DNA of 64,000 bases from a virus. Under the pieces are notes generated by a model. That model ran no database searches and was not told the DNA's origin. It saw only the letters and a program-made list of their open reading frames with translations. This document shows positions 58,048 through 64,000 of this stretch, in pieces. The position numbers and the translations under genes are program-made. The first letter of the stretch is position 1, and every line of letters begins with the position of its first letter. The DNA is taken from UHGV virus genome UHGV-0248979. One strand, written 5' to 3'.

Positions 58048-58620
58048 TTAACCCTCTGCTTCAACGACGGTGTCTGGTTGTTTTACAGCCTGCTCGGCCT
58101 GCTGTAGAAGTTCGTACGCTTCAGCGAACGTGCTACCTTGCTGCATTGCACGTTTTACGAAATCGGCGCGACTATTGTACAGTGACAAGATCTCAATCGC
58201 GGCACCCTGGATATCTTTACCCAGGAACATCGCATCGGTTTCCAGGTTAGTCACCAGCAAAGTATCCAGTTCATATTGCTCTTTGACGTTGGACCAATTC
58301 GTGCTTTCCAACATCGTTTTGGTTTTGGTTGCCACTTCATCGATCGCAATCAATTTGGCACCCAGCTTTTCTTTCCCCTCTGCCATCAGACCCACGAAAG
58401 CCGCTTTCGCTTCATCTAACGCGTTAATGGCAAATTCTTTATATTCTGGTTCTTGCAGCGCGTCCAGAATTTCGCGTTCTTTGTCGATACGCTCAGCCAA
58501 AATTTTCATTTGGTCTTCGAACAGAATGACCAGTTTATACACGTTCTTCACGCTTTCACGAAGGGTTTTCTTCGCCAGAGCACGTGGGTTATAAGCGGGT
58601 TTCTTTTTACGACGTGACAT
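58048..58620 (-). CDS. hypothetical protein
   Basis: 190-aa ORF, basic N-terminus; terminator downstream. Confidence 0.5.
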   Translation of the reverse strand: MSRRKKKPAYNPRALAKKTLRESVKNVYKLVILFEDQMKILAERIDKEREILDALQEPEYKEFAINALDEAKAAFVGLMAEGKEKLGAKLIAIDEVATKTKTMLESTNWSNVKEQYELDTLLVTNLETDAMFLGKDIQGAAIEILSLYNSRADFVKRAMQQGSTFAEAYELLQQAEQAVKQPDTVVEAEG

Positions 58621-58682
58621 TTTTTATATTCCTTTAGCAAAAAAAGAAAGGGTGTACACATTATACACCCGTTCTGTTCTTT

Positions 58683-59066
58683 TTAACCGTTATCATGAGG
58701 AACGGTTACCCAACTGTGCCATTTCTCGGAGTATAACCGATAAGCCACTTTCGGGTTTTGGTCTACGTTACCTGCGGGGTTTTCAGACCACAGAACCCAG
58801 CTGTACAATTCATAAGACGAGGTATTACGAATACTGGAGTTACGTGTGATGTAATAACATTTACCACGTTGGAAAATCTGCATTCCTGCGAAGTGTTCAT
58901 TCACCATGTAATAGTGAAATGCGCCACCCATTACAGGATCAGTGCAGAGTTTATTTACGACGTCTAAAACGTCGGGATACGCCTTTAAAACTTTTTCGAG
59001 AAAACTTGCTAAGTTCAGACCGGCATACGGCGCGGTTGGCTCTGTTGGCTGCGGCGGTAGTAACAT
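58683..59066 (-). CDS. hypothetical protein (start uncertain)
   Basis: 127-aa ORF overlapping helicase 3' end by ~116 nt; internal ATG near 58931 may be the real start. Confidence 0.35.
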   Translation of the reverse strand: MLLPPQPTEPTAPYAGLNLASFLEKVLKAYPDVLDVVNKLCTDPVMGGAFHYYMVNEHFAGMQIFQRGKCYYITRNSSIRNTSSYELYSWVLWSENPAGNVDQNPKVAYRLYSEKWHSWVTVPHDNG

Positions 59067-60660
59067 CAGCTTTCCTTACAATATACGGTGAAGTGGCTAT
59101 CTTAAACGACAACACGGAATCACTCAGTGATTTTTGACGCGCATTCAAGTAATTACAATGCTTCGGTATCGAGTAAGAATGGAATAACCACACAACGGGA
59201 TCGAGTTCACCCCAGTCGTTGTGGAGGATCTTACGTGGGCGTCCGGCCATCTGACGGTTTAACTGCTGGTCTTCCACAGGGGTGGTAATGTACATGTGAA
59301 CCAAGCCCGGTTTGTCAACCGCAGTACCCGCTTTCCCTGGTGTTGAAATAGAGAAATCCGCTTGAATGAAGTCGTCATACGAATCCCCCGCGTTATATTT
59401 CGCAACCATCAAAGCGTGGAACTTATCGGATTGTGCAAGCTTCTCTCGCACATACTCCGTAAAGAACTCGCACATCGCGACAGTTGCAAACAACACCAAC
59501 ACTTTCTGACCAGGTTGATACCCTGCCAGATACGTGCGTTCTATTACATCCCAGACCATATCCGCGTACGACTGATGAAGGTTTTCGCTAATCAACTTCC
59601 CTTCAAATAGTTTGTGGTTGTACGGGGTCATTTTCGATGCCCACCACGCAAACCGTTTATTCTCAATCCGGTAATACAACGCTTTCACGTGTACCGCAGG
59701 AATAATCGGAATGGTGATACGTGCCCCTTGTGGGAAACGTTCTTTATACCGTTCTGCCAAGAACGCTTTCGATTCACCCGGTTGGAGTGTAGCCGACATT
59801 TCAACAGAGGGTGGCGGATTCAACATAATTCCAGCCATGTACACCAAGTGGAAATGTTCGTGCACTTCATCCATCGATAAAAACCCAACACCTAACGTGT
59901 TATAGAAATCATCGATATTCACCGGATTAGTCGCGGCGGTATTGATATACTCTTTCAAAAACCGCTGTAGCGTCACTGTAGAGACGATAATAACTTTGAT
60001 GCCACGTTTATCCAACTCACCACTTTCACCCATTTCTAGCGCTTCGTAGACCGCTTGTACGCCCTGTATAACCAAGACGTCTTCTTTCGATTCGCGAAGT
60101 CCGGTGGGATCTTCCGTTAAGTCGAATAACCATTTAGAAATGTACGTGGGTCGATGGATCAATAACGTTCTTACCCCTTTACGAACCATCACTTTCATGT
60201 TCGTCTTCGACTTACCCATCCCTGTACCAATCTCAAAGATGGTTTGCAGCCGGTTCGGCTGGCACGCCGTTTCTACAACGCCGTTCTGATAAAAGAAGCG
60301 CGACGACTCATCTTCTTCTATCATCTTAAAGCCGTAGTTTTCAAACGTACAGCGGTAAGGTGTTCCCTGGGTTAAGTGGTGCTCGTAAAGTTTGAAATCG
60401 ATTGCAAACTCGGCAGCCGTTCGGTTAATAATGATTCGTAAACGTTCGGAAAAATTCCGATGGAATATAAAGGTACGGATAGAAGGTATATGCGCGTAAT
60501 ACGGATCGCCACGTTCAGTGATGATTCTTCCGTACTGTTTGCCCATCTTCGGGGCGTGCATATTCTCTTCTGCCCACTTTAAAATTGCCGACTCTATAGG
60601 TCGACAAGGGACTTCGACCCTCACGCCCATACTCGTAAAGGTCATGTGGAATTCGTACAT
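58951..60660 (-). CDS. superfamily-2 (DExH-type) helicase
   Basis: 569-aa ORF, ATG at 60660 verified; Walker A GTGMGKS, DExH-like DEVHEHF, motif VI-like QMAGRPRK. Confidence 0.65.
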   Translation of the reverse strand: MYEFHMTFTSMGVRVEVPCRPIESAILKWAEENMHAPKMGKQYGRIITERGDPYYAHIPSIRTFIFHRNFSERLRIIINRTAAEFAIDFKLYEHHLTQGTPYRCTFENYGFKMIEEDESSRFFYQNGVVETACQPNRLQTIFEIGTGMGKSKTNMKVMVRKGVRTLLIHRPTYISKWLFDLTEDPTGLRESKEDVLVIQGVQAVYEALEMGESGELDKRGIKVIIVSTVTLQRFLKEYINTAATNPVNIDDFYNTLGVGFLSMDEVHEHFHLVYMAGIMLNPPPSVEMSATLQPGESKAFLAERYKERFPQGARITIPIIPAVHVKALYYRIENKRFAWWASKMTPYNHKLFEGKLISENLHQSYADMVWDVIERTYLAGYQPGQKVLVLFATVAMCEFFTEYVREKLAQSDKFHALMVAKYNAGDSYDDFIQADFSISTPGKAGTAVDKPGLVHMYITTPVEDQQLNRQMAGRPRKILHNDWGELDPVVWLFHSYSIPKHCNYLNARQKSLSDSVLSFKIATSPYIVRKADVTTAAANRANRAVCRSELSKFSRKSFKGVSRRFRRRK

Positions 60661-60672
60661 GCTCCCCTCTTA

Positions 60673-60700
60673 CAAAAAAAGAGGGGCGCAGGCCCCTCTC
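60673..60700 (-). terminator. intrinsic terminator downstream of beta-prime homologue
   Basis: A-run then GC-rich hairpin GAGGGGC...GCCCCTC. Confidence 0.5.
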
Positions 60701-60702
60701 GT

Positions 60703-62802
60703 TTACTCAATGATAGTCGCGGCCACCGTATTGTCGTATAACGACGCCGGACGTTTACGCGACGTGTAGAAACGCACGTTGTCCAGGTTTTTCTGTTGGC
60801 CTTCGAATAACAACATCGGTACAGCTGAACGCATCGCAATCAACGTATTGTGATCCTCGAAACGTTTGCCATCCATCACATCAGCATCTTCACTATCAAA
60901 CCCAACCGCCGGGAAAGGATTGGTCGGTGATTCAACGCGTGATATCGCCAGCATAATCGCGATGTGTGTCATCGGAATACCACCGAGCTTACGTTGGATA
61001 TATTTAAACACATCAAATAACGCGTGCGTGCATTGCTTTTCTGTAGCACCACGCATCTGAACCAGTGTCGTTGGTTTTACCTTACCCGACTTCTTGCTCA
61101 AGCGCATTGAGTCATCAGAGAACTGTTCGAAAGTATCCGATTTATCAGACGCAACCGAACGAAGTTTCAATTCTAACCCTGCTACAAACTCCGCCATAGA
61201 TTCAGACCGATTCGTATAAATTAGTATCGGCCAACTCGGCTTCCAACCTTTCAGAGGAATCCGTACCAGTTTCTTCGACGGAAACGTAATGTTATCACGC
61301 TGCTTCAGGAAGAAATGCAAGAAGGCTTTCGAGAAGTTACCACAAACGCCCATACGGACATCAATGGGATCTTCGGCCAGCACATTCCCGGCTTCGTCCA
61401 ATCGCAAAAAGGTCAGTTCGTTAATCTCCGGCAATGCCGTTTCGTCGATCACTTCCAAATCGTCATGATAGGCGATTTGGCTGATTTCAGAATAGACTTC
61501 ATCAGAAATAACGAGTTGGTATTCATCCCAATTACCGTACTGCGGTTTCTCTCGTAAACTCAACCCTTTTACGGAGTTGTGTTTATACTCCCCAAGATAA
61601 TCCCGCATTCTTGGAGTCAGCACCAGGTTCAGCAGATAGCGTAAGAAGTCCAGGTGTTTCGTTGAGAGAATCCCCTGTGTACCCTTTTCAGATATCGAGG
61701 TTGAGGCCAAGTGACCTGGGGACGTTCCCGGCGAAAGGTTATAAATCAAATCACCCATACACGTAGCACAAATACTTTGACGTGCCATCCCCTTACAACA
61801 CATCGCACTACGAAACTCAATAGGTTTGCCTAAGACTTTCTCAAACTCCCCTTTCTCGAATCGTAACCACGGACCGCCCACGCCTTCAAAACGATAACGC
61901 ATTCCCACCATCGCATCGTACTTCTTACGCTCCAGTTTACTTTCTGTAAACGTGTGACGGTGAACATGATGCGTACCACAATCGTCGTATTCGAAATACA
62001 TTAACACGTTAGCTGCTAACTGTAGCTTACGTGACGCATATTCCGCATCGGCGATTTTATCGGTGTTATACAGGTGAGAACGTGACGTTGCACCTGCTTC
62101 TTTCAGACGGCTAATTACAGAATGTAGGCCCGTGAAGAAACCTTCCCATACCTGGTTAGAATAAACACGAGAATCAATCTCTGATGTTTTCCCGCGTATA
62201 TACGCCTGAAGAACCTGGTTCATTTTGATGGTCTTATCCAAGACCGACATCACCACAGGGTTTAAACGAAGTTGTGGGTCTTTGAAGATATCTTCGATAA
62301 GAAGATACGCTTCCTCAACCATATCCCGACCTTCTTCGTCGTATCCAGTAGGATACATTTGTGCCCACTGATGAATCTGCGTAAAGTTTCGGTGTTGGTA
62401 AATTTCCATCATCGTATCGTAGTCAATCGTGACGCAATACGATAACAGATTTTTCACCGATAAGTTAAACGCATCCGCATAAACGTGCTGCTGTAATAAA
62501 TAACGGGTGTCTGCTAAATCCACACCCGCTTTACGAGCCGCTACAGCTGCCAATGACATAAACTTCAGATGTGCGTCGTCTGTAGCGGTGTCACCATGTT
62601 TATACGCCATTTGCGAACTGATTGGGATCTGCGGATAAAACCGTGTTAGCCCCCAATAAGGCCAACTGATTTTAATGTGACGTCCTGACATGTTTAAGGT
62701 TACCCCGTCATCAAACGTCACTTCATATCTGCCGCGCAATAGCCACACCTGATCCGAGTTCAGCTTACACAGATCACGCACGTGAACTGGAGTGCCCTTC
62801 AT
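60703..62802 (-). CDS. multisubunit RNA polymerase beta-prime homologue, C-terminal half
   Basis: 699-aa ORF; DDCGTH matches beta-prime region G (E. coli EDDCGTHEG); CATCMGDL...ASTSISEKGTQGILSTKH parallels CAHCYGRDL...AAQSIGEPGTQLTMRTFH; ATG at 62802 overlaps upstream stop. Confidence 0.65.
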   Translation of the reverse strand: MKGTPVHVRDLCKLNSDQVWLLRGRYEVTFDDGVTLNMSGRHIKISWPYWGLTRFYPQIPISSQMAYKHGDTATDDAHLKFMSLAAVAARKAGVDLADTRYLLQQHVYADAFNLSVKNLLSYCVTIDYDTMMEIYQHRNFTQIHQWAQMYPTGYDEEGRDMVEEAYLLIEDIFKDPQLRLNPVVMSVLDKTIKMNQVLQAYIRGKTSEIDSRVYSNQVWEGFFTGLHSVISRLKEAGATSRSHLYNTDKIADAEYASRKLQLAANVLMYFEYDDCGTHHVHRHTFTESKLERKKYDAMVGMRYRFEGVGGPWLRFEKGEFEKVLGKPIEFRSAMCCKGMARQSICATCMGDLIYNLSPGTSPGHLASTSISEKGTQGILSTKHLDFLRYLLNLVLTPRMRDYLGEYKHNSVKGLSLREKPQYGNWDEYQLVISDEVYSEISQIAYHDDLEVIDETALPEINELTFLRLDEAGNVLAEDPIDVRMGVCGNFSKAFLHFFLKQRDNITFPSKKLVRIPLKGWKPSWPILIYTNRSESMAEFVAGLELKLRSVASDKSDTFEQFSDDSMRLSKKSGKVKPTTLVQMRGATEKQCTHALFDVFKYIQRKLGGIPMTHIAIMLAISRVESPTNPFPAVGFDSEDADVMDGKRFEDHNTLIAMRSAVPMLLFEGQQKNLDNVRFYTSRKRPASLYDNTVAATIIE

Positions 62803-64000
62803 TATTCATCGCCCCTTTTCATTTTCACCAATTCAAACCCTTCACAGTTGTGGATGTTTTTCATCATCCTGTCAATCTGCGAATCCCCTAACGGGAATTT
62901 ATTCCGGTCTACTAATGGACCCGGATTAGATGGGGTTTGAGATCGATAAAGCCCTACTAAAATCTCACGATGTACCGCAGGGTTATTTGCCCTATCGTGA
63001 ACTTCTTCGTAGTTACCTGGACCATAACCCGCTAACAGTCGTTCTTCCGAAGGACCAGCCCATTTTAGCGTTTTATAGTTTATCGGATACGAGCCACGAC
63101 CTTGGTTAGACGCGTCTATCGTACCCAGATAATTCAGATACATTGACGAGATACTGGAAAACTCACGACCTGTTTTATCCAGACGCAATGTTTCCACACC
63201 ACCTACGTAAAATTCATCTTTTGTCCATTCCTGCTTACCATCGAAGTTAGTAAGTAGAAGTTTTGATTTACGTGGTTTAAATTCACCCAACCGTTCACTG
63301 ATATCGACTGGCGTGTCGTCAAGTTCATGTGGCAAGTAAATACGTATTGTAAAATCGTAAATCTCTTTAAAGAGTTCGCGTTGTAAATCCTCCGTAGGAT
63401 GTGTTACCTGTAGTGTGTTGGCCCATTCAGGATTATAACGTGACAGATAATCCATCAGGATTTCCCAACATTCACTGATACGGCCTTCGTCCAGCATTGG
63501 TTTAAGACGCATCTTCAACTGCTCAGACGCAGCTGACCAATACATGTGGAATAGTGCTGCATAAGTCGAGCGACGAATTACAGCGTTCATCGAACGTAAA
63601 ACGTGAACACGTTCACCGAATTCGTTAATCGGCATCTGTTCAACGGGTAACACGCGTCCAACAATCCCTTTCGTACCCGAACGGTCAGTAATCTTAGACG
63701 ACACCGTTACCGGGATCGGATAACGAACAGCAATACGAATGGTATACGTGTTGATGGGATCGCTGAGTCCACGCTGTACTGGTGCGGTCAACTTAGAAAG
63801 AATTTGCTGACTGACATTTTCTTTACCATATTCACCACGACGAATCGCTTCATCAATCACCACGCGAATCTCTTCACGAAACTCGTGATAGACTTCGTAC
63901 GTTTCGGAAGCGAAGGCTTTTTCCAACAGCACACACGCCTTCGGCGACCAAATAATATTTTTGTCACGAGACATCGAGAAATAGAAACGTACAATGGCAT
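62802..64000 (-). CDS. multisubunit RNA polymerase beta homologue, C-terminal region (5' end may lie beyond window)
   Basis: ITDRSGTKGIVGRVLPVEQMP...GERVHVLRSMN parallels E. coli RpoB [21 protein letters not shown]...GTPVDIVLNPLGVPSRMN; later SNQGRGSYP parallels HARSTGSYS. Frame stays open upstream of the first ATG (63974) to the window edge. Confidence 0.65.
   Translation of the reverse strand, partial: AIVRFYFSMSRDKNIIWSPKACVLLEKAFASETYEVYHEFREEIRVVIDEAIRRGEYGKENVSQQILSKLTAPVQRGLSDPINTYTIRIAVRYPIPVTVSSKITDRSGTKGIVGRVLPVEQMPINEFGERVHVLRSMNAVIRRSTYAALFHMYWSAASEQLKMRLKPMLDEGRISECWEILMDYLSRYNPEWANTLQVTHPTEDLQRELFKEIYDFTIRIYLPHELDDTPVDISERLGEFKPRKSKLLLTNFDGKQEWTKDEFYVGGVETLRLDKTGREFSSISSMYLNYLGTIDASNQGRGSYPINYKTLKWAGPSEERLLAGYGPGNYEEVHDRANNPAVHREILVGLYRSQTPSNPGPLVDRNKFPLGDSQIDRMMKNIHNCEGFELVKMKRGDE

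Noticed and set aside
1-64000. Large terminase, integrase, chimallin or PhuZ-type tubulin
   Set aside because: No ORF shows terminase Walker A plus nuclease motifs, integrase motifs, or the GGGTGSG tubulin signature; GGGT at 21558-22568 is not in a tubulin context; chimallin cannot be recognised by eye.

Overview
This window reads as a gene-dense segment of a large virulent (jumbo) bacteriophage genome, not a bacterial chromosome; the proposed phiKZ-like affinity and enterobacterial host are inferences. Most genes are on the minus strand in tightly packed, often overlapping (ATGA / TAATG) operons separated by GC-rich hairpin terminators, with three plus-strand blocks (14626-17343, 25595-27157, 43254-52870). 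Motif-supported calls: a Dam-like adenine methyltransferase (partial, 1-238), thymidylate kinase, dihydrofolate reductase, three GNAT acetyltransferases, a RuvC-like resolvase, an XRE-type HTH protein, an SF2 helicase, a family-B DNA polymerase fragment (exonuclease motifs plus motif A only), and adjacent homologues of the multisubunit RNA polymerase beta C-terminal region and beta-prime C-terminal half (60703-64000). A 764-aa protein with strongly host-optimised codon usage is the best major capsid candidate, and two tandem ~420-aa paralogues with acidic N-terminal regions look like abundant processed virion proteins. The most unusual region is 27158-28499: three intact plus one decayed copy of a ~55-aa ORF family, interleaved with hairpins and a twice-repeated three-hairpin module whose stems differ by compensatory changes. 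A ~26-bp motif containing TATATATTAC occurs three times at near-constant spacing upstream of minus-strand genes and is a candidate phage promoter. No rRNA, tRNA, CRISPR array, integrase or terminase was recognised. Everything is by eye from the sequence and ORF track; no searches or structure calculations were run, and many hypothetical-gene starts are unverified (the track includes GTG/TTG starts).
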